IMG/VR virus record: IMGVR_UViG_2568526245_000002 | Reading direction: 5' to 3' (one strand) | DNA: 64,000 nucleotides | DNA from: a virus | Shown here: positions 43,329-55,000 of the stretch, piece after piece | Numbering within the stretch: position 1 is the stretch's first letter | Layout: each line of letters starts with the position of its first letter | Made by a program: the position numbers and the translations under genes | The notes under the pieces: model-generated | Told to the model about the DNA's origin: nothing | The model's input: the letters and a program-made list of their open reading frames with translations, nothing else | The model's database searches: none

Positions 43329-44484
43329 CTACCGCGACGATTCCAACGACACGGCGGTAATCAGCGACTCGGCCTGGATCGGCCTGACCGCGATCAGCGA
43401 GGGAACCGCCAGGATCAGCGAGACGGTGCTGTTCGGCCTGCTGGTGCTGCATACCGACACCGCGGTGGCTTCCGACGAGGCAATTGACCGTCCGGGGCAC
43501 TTGCTGGCGGACCAGGCACACGCCAGCGACGAGGTGACCGACCAGTTGCGCGCCAGGGTGCTGGTGGTTGAAACGGCTACGGCGGGTGATCGCGTCACCG
43601 GCACGCTGCGCGTGCTGCATACCGATGGTGCAGTGGTCTCCGATGCCGTGATAGAGCGCGTTCGCAGCCTGGCCGTGGACAACGCCCACCTGAGCGACGA
43701 GGCGCTGGGCACCCGCCACACCTTCACGCTGGTGGTCGATTCCGCGCGCATCAGCGACAGCACGGGCCAGGCCGCTGCCGCGCTGTTCGAAGACAGCGCC
43801 CTGGCGAGCGACGAGGCTTTCGGCAGGCTGCATGCTCGCGTGTTGCTGACGGACACCGCCGCGCTATCCGACGAGGTGCTGGACGCCCATCAGGCCGTCC
43901 AGGAACTGCTGGTTGATGGCGCCCGCGTCGCCGCCATGGTACTGGACCACCTGGCCGCACGTGACCTAGTGACGGACTTCGCTCTGGTCGATGGCGAACC
44001 CGTGGGCGGCGAGCAGGACGGCGGCCTGGCTTGGACGGCCAACGTCGATAGCTGGGCCATGAGCCGCTATGCCCCGTACACCTTCAGCTCGCTGGCAGTG
44101 ATCGACGGCAAGGTCTACGGTATCGCTGCGGATGGCGTCTATGCCCTGGAAGGCGGCAGCGACGCCGTGGCGGGCAGCATCACCACCGGAAAGTTGGACC
44201 TGGGGCAGGGCGCACTAGTGCATCCGCATACCGCCTACTTGGAATACGACCTGGCCGCCGGCGGCCAGGTCACCATGGACGTGACCACCACGCAAAGCGG
44301 CGCCGCCGCGACCTACAGCTACCCGCTAGAGAGCGAGCCCGCCGCCGAACTGACTAACGGCCGGTTCAAGTTCGGCCGCGGCCTGCGCGGCAGGCACTTC
44401 GCCTTCACGCTGCGCCTGACGGGCCAGCGCGCCTACATCAACGACTTGAGCGTCGAATCGGCGCCGACCAACAGGAGAGTGTGA
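43321..44484 (+). CDS. Structural protein with ~11 D-x-A-x-x-S-D repeats of 18-21 aa
   Basis: DTAVISD, DTAVASDE, DQAHASDE, DGAVVSDA, DNAHLSDE, DSARISDS, DSALASDE, DTAALSDE and others. Confidence 0.7.
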   Translation: MSDYRDDSNDTAVISDSAWIGLTAISEGTARISETVLFGLLVLHTDTAVASDEAIDRPGHLLADQAHASDEVTDQLRARVLVVETATAGDRVTGTLRVLHTDGAVVSDAVIERVRSLAVDNAHLSDEALGTRHTFTLVVDSARISDSTGQAAAALFEDSALASDEAFGRLHARVLLTDTAALSDEVLDAHQAVQELLVDGARVAAMVLDHLAARDLVTDFALVDGEPVGGEQDGGLAWTANVDSWAMSRYAPYTFSSLAVIDGKVYGIAADGVYALEGGSDAVAGSITTGKLDLGQGALVHPHTAYLEYDLAAGGQVTMDVTTTQSGAAATYSYPLESEPAAELTNGRFKFGRGLRGRHFAFTLRLTGQRAYINDLSVESAPTNRRV

Positions 44485-46377
44485 ATGGGTATCGCACCGG
44501 ATAGCATCCTTGGCGTAGCGGTGGACACCGTTACGGACAAGATGAACGATCTTGAGGCGCTGGGCAGCAAGTACAGCGCAGAACTGTCCGCCGCGCTGGC
44601 GAAGATCGGCGACATCACGGTGGCTGACGTGCCGGCACCGACGCGGCCGGATGCGCCTATCGCTTCGCCGCCGCCCGTCAACCTGGGCGAGCAGCCGACC
44701 TACAACCCGTCTTCGCTGGTCAAGCCGGAAGCCCCTGGCGGCCTGAACATCGACGACCTGCTGGCCGACCTGGACGTGGGCGACATGGACGACCTGCCCG
44801 ACGCGCCGACCATGATCCCGATCAACATCCCGGACGCGCCGAGCATGACGGCCATCCCGGTGCCGGAACGCCCGGACATCGACACCACGGTGGAGATTCC
44901 CGACGCGCCGCAGATCGCCATGCCGGACATGGAAGCGCTGGAACAGATCCGCCTGCCGGAATTCGTGTTCCCCGAGTTGCCCACGTTCGATGCCACGCCG
45001 CCGGACGCGAGCGGGATCACGGTGCCCAACGTCTTCATCAACTGGCTGGAACCGGAGTACCAGTCCGAGGTGCTGGACGAGTTGCAAGCGAAGATCAAGG
45101 AACTGATGGCGGGCGGCACCGGCCTGCCTGTACCCATCGAGCAGGCGCTGTTCGCCCGCTCCCGCGAGCGCGACAGCGGTGAAACCACCCGCGCCGTGCA
45201 GGAGGCGGTTGATACCTGGGCCGCCCGTAACTTCTCCATGCCGCCGGGGATGCTCGCCAGGCAGGTGGACGTGGTGCGCGAGCAGGGCCGGCTGAAAGCG
45301 GCCGAGCTGAACCGCGACATCCTAGTTCAGGCGGCCACCTGGGAAATCGAGAACCTGCGCTTCGCCGTGCAGCAGGGCCTGGCCCTCGAGCAGTTGACCG
45401 AGAACATGCACCAGAACATGGCGCAGCGCCTGTTCGAAGTCGCCCGCTTTCACGCGGAAAGCCAGATCAACGTGTTCAACGCGCAGATCAGCCTATTCAA
45501 CGCGCAGAACGCGGCCTTCGAGACGCTGGCGCAGGTCTACCGTACCAAGCTGGACGCGGCCATTTCCAAGCTGACCGCCTACAAGACCGCCGTGGAGGGC
45601 CAGGTGGCGCTGGGGCAGATCAACCAGCAGCGCGTCGAGGTGTTTAAGGCCAAGCTGGACGCCGTACAGTCGAGCGTCGAGGTCTACAAGGCGCTGATGC
45701 AGGGCGCTTCAGTGCGCGCCGAGACGATCAAGAACCAGTTCGATGCCTACCGCGCAGACGTGCAGGCGTATGCCGAGCAGATTGGCGCCGAGAAGGTCAA
45801 GTTCGACGCCTACGAGGCCCGCGTCAAGGGCGAGTCGGCCAAGGCGGATGTGCTCGATGCGCAGGCCCGTGCCTACGCTTCAACCATCCAGGGGCTGGCG
45901 AACAAGGCCGATGTCAAGGTCAAGGGAGCGCAGATCAGGATGGAAGCGGCGCGCACCAAGGTGTCGAAGTTCTTGGCCGACGTGGACGCCTACAAGGCCA
46001 CCCTGCAGGCCAACCTGAGCGAGGTGCAGTACAACACGTCGGTGTTCCAGGCCCAAGTAGAAGCCTGGCGCGCAGCGGCCAGTGCCAACGTGGCCGACGC
46101 CGAAATGCAATCTCGCTTTGCCGACATGAACAGTCGGACCAACATCGCTTACGCGGAAATGCAGATCAGCGAGTACACCGCGAAGATGCAGAACGCTGTA
46201 CAGCAGGCGCAGATCGCACTGGAGGCAGCCAAGGCCTTGGGGCAGTACACCGCCCAGCTCGCGGCCGGCGCTATGTCGGCGGCACATGTATCGGCCAGCA
46301 TAAGTGGCTCTGGAAGTGCTAGTACAGGTGAAACAAAATCCGAAACAACTTCGACTTCTTATAATTATAATTATTGA
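44485..46377 (+). CDS. 630-aa internal/ejection-type protein (Pro-rich PDAP segment plus long coiled coil)
   Basis: Composition and position before the ejection genes; AT-rich 3' tail. Confidence 0.65.
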   Translation: MGIAPDSILGVAVDTVTDKMNDLEALGSKYSAELSAALAKIGDITVADVPAPTRPDAPIASPPPVNLGEQPTYNPSSLVKPEAPGGLNIDDLLADLDVGDMDDLPDAPTMIPINIPDAPSMTAIPVPERPDIDTTVEIPDAPQIAMPDMEALEQIRLPEFVFPELPTFDATPPDASGITVPNVFINWLEPEYQSEVLDELQAKIKELMAGGTGLPVPIEQALFARSRERDSGETTRAVQEAVDTWAARNFSMPPGMLARQVDVVREQGRLKAAELNRDILVQAATWEIENLRFAVQQGLALEQLTENMHQNMAQRLFEVARFHAESQINVFNAQISLFNAQNAAFETLAQVYRTKLDAAISKLTAYKTAVEGQVALGQINQQRVEVFKAKLDAVQSSVEVYKALMQGASVRAETIKNQFDAYRADVQAYAEQIGAEKVKFDAYEARVKGESAKADVLDAQARAYASTIQGLANKADVKVKGAQIRMEAARTKVSKFLADVDAYKATLQANLSEVQYNTSVFQAQVEAWRAAASANVADAEMQSRFADMNSRTNIAYAEMQISEYTAKMQNAVQQAQIALEAAKALGQYTAQLAAGAMSAAHVSASISGSGSASTGETKSETTSTSYNYNY

Positions 46378-46411
46378 TTATGTGGATCACGGAACATGGA
46401 GGTTTCGTATT

Positions 46412-46762
46412 CTAAGGCTGGTTGTCTTTTTGAAGGTTTCGATATTCTTCCCAAGGTTTTTTTTCTTCGTCATACAGCTTGCTGCATGCAATGAATATCA
46501 TGCGGCCAGCTAAGTTGCTCGGTGTCTCCTTTCCTATTGCCATCATGCAATCTCTGCCTGACTTGTAGCCAAATAATCCTCTCCCAGACCCTTGTTCAAC
46601 CTCTAAGAGTGCATTTGGGTATTGGCCTGCGCAAAGACTTATCACCACCCGGGCAGTCTGATCGTTTTGCACTTCTGGCATTTTATCCAAAATGCATGTT
46701 GCATAGTCTCCTGCTATTGAAGAGGTGGAGATAATTGTCAGTAGGAACAATAGATTTCTCAC
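46412..46762 (-). CDS. AT-rich antisense moron: exported four-cysteine protein ending in KKPWEEY
   Basis: Signal peptide MRNLLFLLTIISTSSIA; four Cys; GGAG SD before GTG; opposite strand to the late operon. Confidence 0.8.
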   Translation of the reverse strand: MRNLLFLLTIISTSSIAGDYATCILDKMPEVQNDQTARVVISLCAGQYPNALLEVEQGSGRGLFGYKSGRDCMMAIGKETPSNLAGRMIFIACSKLYDEEKKPWEEYRNLQKDNQP

Positions 46763-46835
46763 AAGTACTTTTCTCCGGTTGTGCGCCCGGAATATATAGC
46801 TTTTGGTTCATTGGCGGAAAGTGGATACGCCATAG

Positions 46836-46851
46836 CCCCCTGTAGGGTTCG
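46836..46851 (+). promoter_or_regulatory. Late-promoter motif copy 3 (CCCCCTGTAGGGTTCG) upstream of the ejection genes
   Basis: Read directly. Confidence 0.7.
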
Positions 46852-46911
46852 TCCAAAAATGAGACGAGCAGCAAGATTGAATCTGTATCCAAGCCGTTTT
46901 AGAGGCATCCC

Positions 46912-49074
46912 ATGTACGGATTCAAGAAGGGCGCCAAGCCCAAGCAACGATTTGCAGATGGTGGGCGGGTGCGTGGTCCAGGCTCTGGCACCTCAGACGA
47001 CATCGACACCGAGGTGCCTGCGGGCAGCTACATCATGCCGGCCGACTCGACCGAGCAGATTGGGGAAGCGGCGTTGCAGGGTATGGGGGCGCCGGTCCCG
47101 GTCAGCCTGAGTAACGGCGAGTACCAAATGCCTCCCGAGCAGGTTCACGCCGTTGGCGTGCAGGCGCTGGACGCTGTGAAGAATGCCACTCATGTGCCGG
47201 TAGCCCAGCAGGCAAAAGGGTTCTCTCCGCGTAAAAGGGGAGGGAATGGCGCCGAGAAGCCAGAATTGTTCTTCGCCGACGGCGGGGTTGTTGATGAAGA
47301 GCGTAAAAAGCAGACCCGTTTCGACATCACCAACACGCCCGCCGCCCAGCGTGCTGCTGGCGTTGTGCCGGAGGCATCGGCTCCCGTAGCCACCAGCGGC
47401 TACAGTGCAGACCCCACCATGGCAAGGGCGCAGGCCAATATCGATGCTGAACGGCAAGCAATGGCTGTGCATCGGCAGCGCACTGCTGATGCCGCGAATC
47501 TTCAGCCAGGAGTGGCGCCTGGCTACAGCGACAACCTCTATACCGCCAACGCCCAGGCACGTTCGGATGCAGCTCGGCAGCAACAGGCTGTGGCGCAGTC
47601 CGGTGCGCTGCCAGATGCGCCGTCGGCGCAAGGCTTCGCGCCCTCGCGACAAGGTAATGACCCGGCCAGAGCTGCAAGGATGCAGGCTCAGTTTGATCAA
47701 CCGGTAACGGGCCCTGATCGATCTAAAGCTGCTGGTTTCACTCCGCAGTACCGCACCGAGGGACCAGGCTGGCGAACCGATTCGGTTCTTCGCGGGACGG
47801 GTGACGACGTAGCGCAGCAGTGGGCATCTGGTGAGTATGCCCGAGGCTTTGGGACTGGCGTGCGTGGGGCGCTTGCGGCGGTTCCGGCAGCATTCGCTGA
47901 TGCTGGAGAGGATGTCGGTCGATTGGCTGAACCGGTGGTCAACTTCGGTAAAGGGCTATTCGGATGGGATGACACTCCGCCGGCGCTTCGTGGTCAGCAA
48001 GCGGCCCAGGGTGCAGCAGCTCCGAGTTCCAGTGCTGTGCCCGGGCGAGGCCAGGTGTTGCCGGCTGCTGGTTCGCCTACCGGAGCGTTGGAGTCGGCGG
48101 CGAATACTGGAGCCGCTATGCCAGGCGCCGGTGGCTCGGACCTGCCCAACAACGTGACGCGGGTGGGCAACAGCTTCTCCGGCACAACAATCCGCCCGGG
48201 CTACACCGTTAACGGGGAAGCTCAAGCTGCCGGGTTCACCCCAGGTGGTCAGCGGAGTGCTCAAAACCAGCGCGCAGTGGAGAACCTGCTGGCCCGAACG
48301 CCTGATGTGGGTATGGGGTTCAGTCCGAGTACTGTTTCTCAGGTACCGCCGATGACCCCGGACGCGCTGGCTCAGTACAACGCCGGTAACTCCAGCGCGC
48401 CTCGAGTAACCGTGGTTCCCGATAGCTCTCGGGCCGATAGCGTTCGCCAGGCCGCCTTGAATGCAGCCTCAACACCTTATCGCGGTTCGCCGAACGGGCA
48501 GTTAACTGCCCGCCAGATCGACAACCTGTTCGGGCTCCAGCAGAGCGATGACCGCAATGCTACGTCCTTGGCGAGCACTCGGGCGAATAACGACACGGCC
48601 TTGGCGCGAGAGCAGGTGCAGCAGCAGGGCGCCAATCAGCGCGCTGCTCTACAGGAAATGGGGCAGGGCGCGCGCTTCCTCGCCTCCAACGAACTCGATC
48701 GCCAACGCCTGGCTGGTGAGCAAGAGGCCAGGGGTTTCCAAACCCGCGCCGCCCAGCGCATCGAGAAGCTGTACGAGCAGTACGACAAGGCTGCTCCCGA
48801 AGACCGCGCCGCGATCGCCGAACAGATTCGTGTGCTTGCCGGTAAGGACGCTCCGAATCGCTTCACCGTGGTACCTGGCGGCCAGGAGTACGACCCGCAG
48901 TCCATGCAACTTCTGACGCGCCCTGCACGAGTACTCAACAACCAGACCGGACAATTTATCGACCAGCAAACGCAGTCGGCGCAACCCGTCGCTCCGCGAA
49001 CTGGTGAGGTGCGAAGTGGATACCGGTTCAAGGGAGGGAACCCTGCCGACCAGAATAATTGGGAGAAGGTGTAA
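46912..49074 (+). CDS. Internal virion / DNA ejection protein
   Basis: FADGG.V.GPGSGTSD.I motif (FADGG twice); low-complexity body; C-terminal GYRFKGGNPADQNNWEKV typical of podophage ejection proteins. Confidence 0.7.
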   Translation: MYGFKKGAKPKQRFADGGRVRGPGSGTSDDIDTEVPAGSYIMPADSTEQIGEAALQGMGAPVPVSLSNGEYQMPPEQVHAVGVQALDAVKNATHVPVAQQAKGFSPRKRGGNGAEKPELFFADGGVVDEERKKQTRFDITNTPAAQRAAGVVPEASAPVATSGYSADPTMARAQANIDAERQAMAVHRQRTADAANLQPGVAPGYSDNLYTANAQARSDAARQQQAVAQSGALPDAPSAQGFAPSRQGNDPARAARMQAQFDQPVTGPDRSKAAGFTPQYRTEGPGWRTDSVLRGTGDDVAQQWASGEYARGFGTGVRGALAAVPAAFADAGEDVGRLAEPVVNFGKGLFGWDDTPPALRGQQAAQGAAAPSSSAVPGRGQVLPAAGSPTGALESAANTGAAMPGAGGSDLPNNVTRVGNSFSGTTIRPGYTVNGEAQAAGFTPGGQRSAQNQRAVENLLARTPDVGMGFSPSTVSQVPPMTPDALAQYNAGNSSAPRVTVVPDSSRADSVRQAALNAASTPYRGSPNGQLTARQIDNLFGLQQSDDRNATSLASTRANNDTALAREQVQQQGANQRAALQEMGQGARFLASNELDRQRLAGEQEARGFQTRAAQRIEKLYEQYDKAAPEDRAAIAEQIRVLAGKDAPNRFTVVPGGQEYDPQSMQLLTRPARVLNNQTGQFIDQQTQSAQPVAPRTGEVRSGYRFKGGNPADQNNWEKV

Positions 49075-52000
49075 TGGCCGATACCAGCAAGCCATGGGAA
49101 GAGTTCGCGTCTCAACAGCCAGTAACTGGTGGCGAGAAGCCGTGGGAGGAGTTCGGTGGCGAGACGAAGGAGGAGGGAAGAGGCCTGATCGGGCATGCGC
49201 GCGACCTTGGCCTATCCGTGGCCAAGGGGGTGATTGGGGTTCCGGAAGCGGCTGTTGGCCTCGCTGATATCCCAACAGAGGGCCGCGTAGGTAAGTTCCT
49301 CGAGAACCAGGACGGCATGCTCGGCTTCCGGCCCCGGGAGGCGAAGGATTTCCTGAGTGATCTGCACACCGATCAGTACAAACAGCAACAGCAGGACTTT
49401 CAGGATGCTGATGGCGTCGTAGACAAGACGCTGCATGCTGTACAGAACCCGTCGATGGTCGTGAACACCGTAGCGGAGTCTTTGCCTTCCATGTTGGCGG
49501 GGGGCGCGGTCGGTCGTGGCGTTCGGGCGCTGGCTCCAGCGTTGGCACCTGTGGCAGCCGGCGCGGCTGGCGAAGGGGCGGTTATGGCTGGTCAGCAAGC
49601 AGAGCAGATCCGCCAAGAAACTGATGACGGCTTGCTCACTCCGGCGCAGTCGGGAGCTGCGGTGGCCACTGGTGTGTTGGGAAGTCTGTTTTCCCTTGCC
49701 GGCGGTAGCTTGGCCAAGAAACTGGGTATCGGTGATGCGGATACCCTCCTCGCTGGTGGTGCCAACCCAGGACAACTGGTCAGCGAGCTGGCGTCCATGC
49801 CGGCGAAGAGCATTCCGCGGAAGGTGATAGAGGGCGCAATCTCCGAGGGCTTCCTTGAGGAACTGCCACAGTCCGCATCTGAGCAGGTTCTGCAAAACCT
49901 GGCGCTGGGACGGGACTGGGCCAGCGGCCTGGATGAAGCGATGGTAATGGGAACGCTGGCCGGGATGGCCATGGGTGGGCCGGCGGCGGTTCTGCATGGC
50001 GGTCAGCCGGCAGCGTCCCGTGGCCTGGCGGATGCGGACGCTACCTTCGAGAGTACCCCGGGCCTTGAGGGGCAGACCGAGACGACTGCGCCACTGGCAC
50101 TCCCAGCTCCAGTGTATGAGGCTGGTTCTGACGGCCAGGTCCGGACCACGGTCGACCAGAACTCCGCTACCCAGGCACAGCGTCAGCAAGAGGCTGAACG
50201 TCTGGACCGAATCCGTCGAGGTGAAGTCACCGATGTGACTCCGGTCCCGGCGGCCCCAAAGCGCTCCGAGCAGATGGGTCTGGACCCGGCTGTTGGGCCA
50301 CTGTCTGGTGCTGCTGCGCAGGCCGTGGACAGTGGCGCAACTGACCAGATGGTGCAACAAGCCGCGCTCCAGCAGGCAGCCGAGGAGGCGCAGAAGAGCG
50401 GCAGGAAAGGTGATCAGGTCAACCCGGAAACCGGTGAGATTACAGCGGAGCAGGGTGATCTGCTGGCATCCGATCCTGTCACCGATCTGCAGGGCCGCCT
50501 GGAATTTGTACGCCGGCAAGCCCGTGCCACCGGATGGGACGCGAAGAAAATCGCCGAGCGCGATCGCTTGCAGGAGGAACTGGACAAGCTCGCGCCAGCG
50601 CCGGATGCCGGCTACATGCAGCGCGTCGGTGAGCGCGTGAAGCGTATCGAGGCCGCGCAGAGCCCCGATGAAATTGCCGCGATCCTCGCCGAGGATCAGC
50701 AGGATGAGCAGCGCCACCAGAACGCCGCTGGCCGGGTGGAGCTAGCCGCCCGCGCTCGCGGCTTCGCCCTGGACCAGGCGGCGCAGCAGCAAGCCCCGAC
50801 GCCAATCGGCGTGCAGGACGACATCCAGCAGGCCCAAGGCAAGGCTGACGCGCAGCAGGCGCAAGCCGCACAACCGGCTGTATCGCTGGCGCCGGCAGCG
50901 GAATCCGTACCGGCAGCACCTGCGACCGAGGCGAAAGCGACCAACCTGAAGGACGCCATTTCGAAGGTACGCCAGGCCAAACAGAAGCCCGAGCAGCCTG
51001 CGGCGCTGCAGGCCGTGCGTCGCGGAGAGGTGGGCGGAAAGCTGGGCAGTGGCGAAGTAGTGACCACCAGCAGCGGGCGGCAGACGACGCCTTTCCCGAA
51101 GGTCAGCGTGGACACCAACCGCAAGGCGACCGGCACCATCAAGGCCGTGGACCAGTGGCTGATGCAGAATGCACTGGATGAAGCGCGCTCGCGCGGCGAC
51201 GAGTCCAACGCGCGCCAGTTCGAGGCGAATCTGGAGAAGCCGCAGCGGGCCGATAAGGACGCTGCCGAGGAATACCTGTTCGGCCAACAGCCTGCTGTGC
51301 AGCCCCGTGTGCTGAAGCCACTGGTGCCGAAGTCTACCGCCACCGACAACAGCGCAAGCTGGGTCATCCGAAACAAGGAAACCGGTGAGGTGATCGCGGA
51401 AACGTTCGACCGTAAGAAGGTTGACGCGCTCAACACCGAGAAATACGAAGCGGTTCCGATCCAGCAGCACCTGGCGAGCCTGAACAAGCCCAAGGTGCCC
51501 AGCATCGAAGGCAAGGACATCGGCGAAGGCTGGGCGGAGTTCAGCAAGGAATCGGGCACCGTGGGTATCCCTCGCGCCGACATGCCGCAGATCAAGGCCG
51601 AGCACCGCGGCGCGATGGTGAACTTCCTGAGCGCTCGTGGCGTGCAGCATCAGGAAGAGACAGTTCCCGCAGATACCCTCAAACCGACGCAGGCTGAATT
51701 CAGCCGCGACAAGGTGGCGAAGGCCAAGGACTTCGAGGGTGGCAACCGCTCCATCTTGGTTTCGCGCGAAGGCAACGTGTTGGATGGGCATCACCAGTGG
51801 ATGGCCGCCCGCGATAACGGCGAAGAGGTGAGGGTGATCCGCCTGGATGCCCCCATCCGCGACCTGGTGAAACTGGCCCACGAGTTTCCCAGTTCCACCA
51901 CCGATGCCAGCAGCGGGCAGGGTGCCACGGTTGACGCGAGACAGGTGAGGCCCGAGCCTGAGCCAGCCGCTCCTGATGTGCCGAAGAAGAGGCCGCGCGG

Positions 52001-55000
52001 CGTGCTGGCAAAGAGGTTCCAGGCTGAGGCCCAGGCCCGCGCCGAATACTTCACCCCCGGCAACGTGGTGCGAGGTTACGGCGCCAACTACGACAGGGTT
52101 ATCAGCTACAACCCGACCGAATCGGGAAGCTGGACCGTCACGGTGCGCAGTGTACGCAAGGAAGGCGACACCTGGGTGGATGTCCCGGGCGAGAGCGAGC
52201 GCACTCACATGACGGCGCCGGATGCGCGCGACATGAAGCGCGGCCCGGCCGGCCGTATCGCAACACAGGGGGCGCCAACCGCCGATGAGTTCCCCTTGAA
52301 GGAAGCCGCCGCCAGCTACTCCGGTATCTCGAACAGCAGCAGCCAGCGAGCGAAGTCCGATGCGGATGAGTTCCAGACCTACATCGACGTGGCCCGCGAC
52401 GCGGGCGCTGTCGTGGCACGCACCGATGCTCAGCAGGCGGCCGTGGAGCAAGCCACACGAGAATTGCGGGCCGATTACCTGGCCCAGTACCGGCGCCTGA
52501 TGAACGTGCGCGCCGGCACCTACAGCGGTTATGTTGTCGGGCGTTCTGGACTGAACAGCAAGCAGGCGGACAGGCGCAACAGCGCCTACGACCGCGCCAT
52601 CGACACATTCGTGGCCTGGCAGAAGACCAATCAGGATCGCGTGCGCCAGGCGGCCCTGGACGCCCGTACCGACGAGGAAAAGGCGGCAGATCGCCAGGCC
52701 GCCGAGCAGGCCCGCGCCGACAAGGCGCAGCGCAAGGAAGACGGGGACCGCAGCCTGATGCGCAGGATTCTGTCCTGGAAGAAGGGCAGCGAGCCGGTGG
52801 CGATCACCAAGGCCGCGCACCTTGCCGGGGTGAACTTCGGCAAGGATGGCTACCCGACCAGCATTAAGTTGACGCCGACCGATGGCAGCGTGCTGACCAG
52901 CGACAAGTTCGACCTGGCGGCGCTGTTCCGTGAGCGCGGCATGAGCGTACCGGAGTCGAAACGCCGCGTGCGTGAACTGGTCGATTTCGTGCGCGCCGAG
53001 GATGCAGCCCGGCCCCAGTCCGAACCGGCAGAGGCACCCAAGCCTGAGCCCGCACAGCCCAGCGATTCGAAAACCCCGACGCTCGATGCGCATGTAGCCC
53101 TCATGCAGCGCGTGCGCAGTGGGGAGGCGACCGCCGACGAGTTCCGCCAGGCATTCGACCGTACGCAGAACGCCCGCGATGCCCTGGTGGCCGAGTTGGG
53201 CACTATGAAGAAGGATGACCTGCTGAAGTCAGGCGGCTACAGCTTCTTCCACCGCTACCGCAACGAGAAGAAGGCAGCGATCGTCGATGCCCTGGCCGGT
53301 CGCGTGCTGGAGGAGTTTGCGCTGGGCCGCAGCTACGGCCCAAGCAGCTACGTGATGTCGGCTGCTGGCCTCGAAGCGCACCGCCAGGCCAAGGCCAGCG
53401 CGCTGGCCGAACTGGTGGCGAACATCACCGACGACGACATCAAGGCGCACGCCGCCGAGGTCGCCGAGGCGCAGCAGGAAGTCCAGGCCCGCCGGGCAGC
53501 GCAGCAGAAGGCCGTCGCCAACCCGCAGACCCTCGCCGAGTTCCGCCAGGCAGTGAGCTACAACATGGAGACGCACGGGGAATCCGTGCGGGAGGCGTTC
53601 ATGCGCCTGACGCCGGAACAGCGTATTCGCTACGACGAACTGGAGGCTGAGAGCACCAAGGCCCTGCGTGAGCAGGCCAAGGCAAAGGCCAAGACCCGCG
53701 TAGCCAGCGCCGGGCAGACTACGGCCGGCGACATCATCGAGACGAAGCACACCAAGCACGGGCACGACCTTTTCGTGGTGCAACTGGCCGAGCGCGTCAG
53801 CCGCGAGGACTACGACACCCTGAACAATTCGGCGAAGCGGCTGGGCGGCAGCTACAGCAGTTACCGTGGGAATGGTGCCGTCCCCGGCTTCCAGTTCCGC
53901 ACCCGCGAGGCGGCCGAAGCATTCCGCAAACTGGTGACCGGCGACACCGCCGACGCGCAGGCTGTTGCAGAAGCGCGCCGCGACGCCTTCGAGGATGACC
54001 GCAACCAGAGCGCCGCCCAGCGGCTGCGCACCATGGCCCAGGCTCTCAACGAGCGGGCCGATGACTCCCTGAGCCGCGTACGCAAGCAGAACACCGATCG
54101 CCGTGCGCGGATGGCCGCCAGTGCCGAAGCCTCGGCGCGCGCCGACAAGGCACTGGCCGCCACCATGAACAACCTGGCTGCCGCCATCGAAGGCGGCAAG
54201 GCGAAGTTCCTAGACACCGTGCGGCAAAAAGTGCAAGTGGAGTTCCTGGCGCGGGAACTGCGCAATGCGAAGGACGCGCAAATTCGAGCGAAGTACCCGA
54301 CTTATGGCGAGCAGGAGAAACACCGTGGCGAGCCGGTGGACGCCGAGACGGTGGACTACTCCACATTCCCCAGTTACACCGCCATGCGCTCCGACCTGGC
54401 GAGCCTGGCGCGCCAGATGGCGGAAGTGGACGGCCTGAAGAAACTGGCCGCGCGCCTGGAGAAGGTCGCCGACGATGTGACCGAGGCCTACACCGACTGG
54501 GCCAAGCAGAACCTTCTGTCCGTCAGCCGCTTCACCCGCGGTGACCAGTTCGCCGACTTTAAGAGTCGCGAGGATGCCGAGCGTGCCATTCGCCGCTCCG
54601 GCCTCACCGGCAAGGCCATCGTGCTTCCGGTGAAACGCGGGCAGAACCGCATCGTCATGGCCCCCAGCGAAGCCATGAAGCTGGGCCTCTGGCAGGGCGA
54701 CGGCGACAAGCGCATCACGCTGTCCGGCGAGTTCGGCGGCGAACTGGTGCAGGCCCTGGGCCGGCGCAGTGGCAGCAAGATCACCGTTCCGTGGGCGCTG
54801 GAGAGCGCGCACGAAAAGCGCAAGCGCCTGGAGAGCATGGGCATCCTCACCGGCAGCGAGTACCGCTCCGCACTGCGCGAGTTCGCAGCGCTGCGCGAGG
54901 CGCCCGCCGAGCCGGATAAGATCAAGCAGATGGAACGGGCGATGATCGGTCGTCGCAATGACGGCCTGGACTTCTTCCCGACCAGCGATGCCGTGGTGGA

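Noticed and set aside
46683-46947. Additional short minus-strand ORFs beside the moron
   Set aside because: No convincing SD or composition; they overlap the late-promoter motif and probably form the moron promoter/leader
49212-53093. 501-aa and 783-aa minus-strand ORFs
   Set aside because: Antisense shadows of the giant protein; typical of GC-rich codon bias
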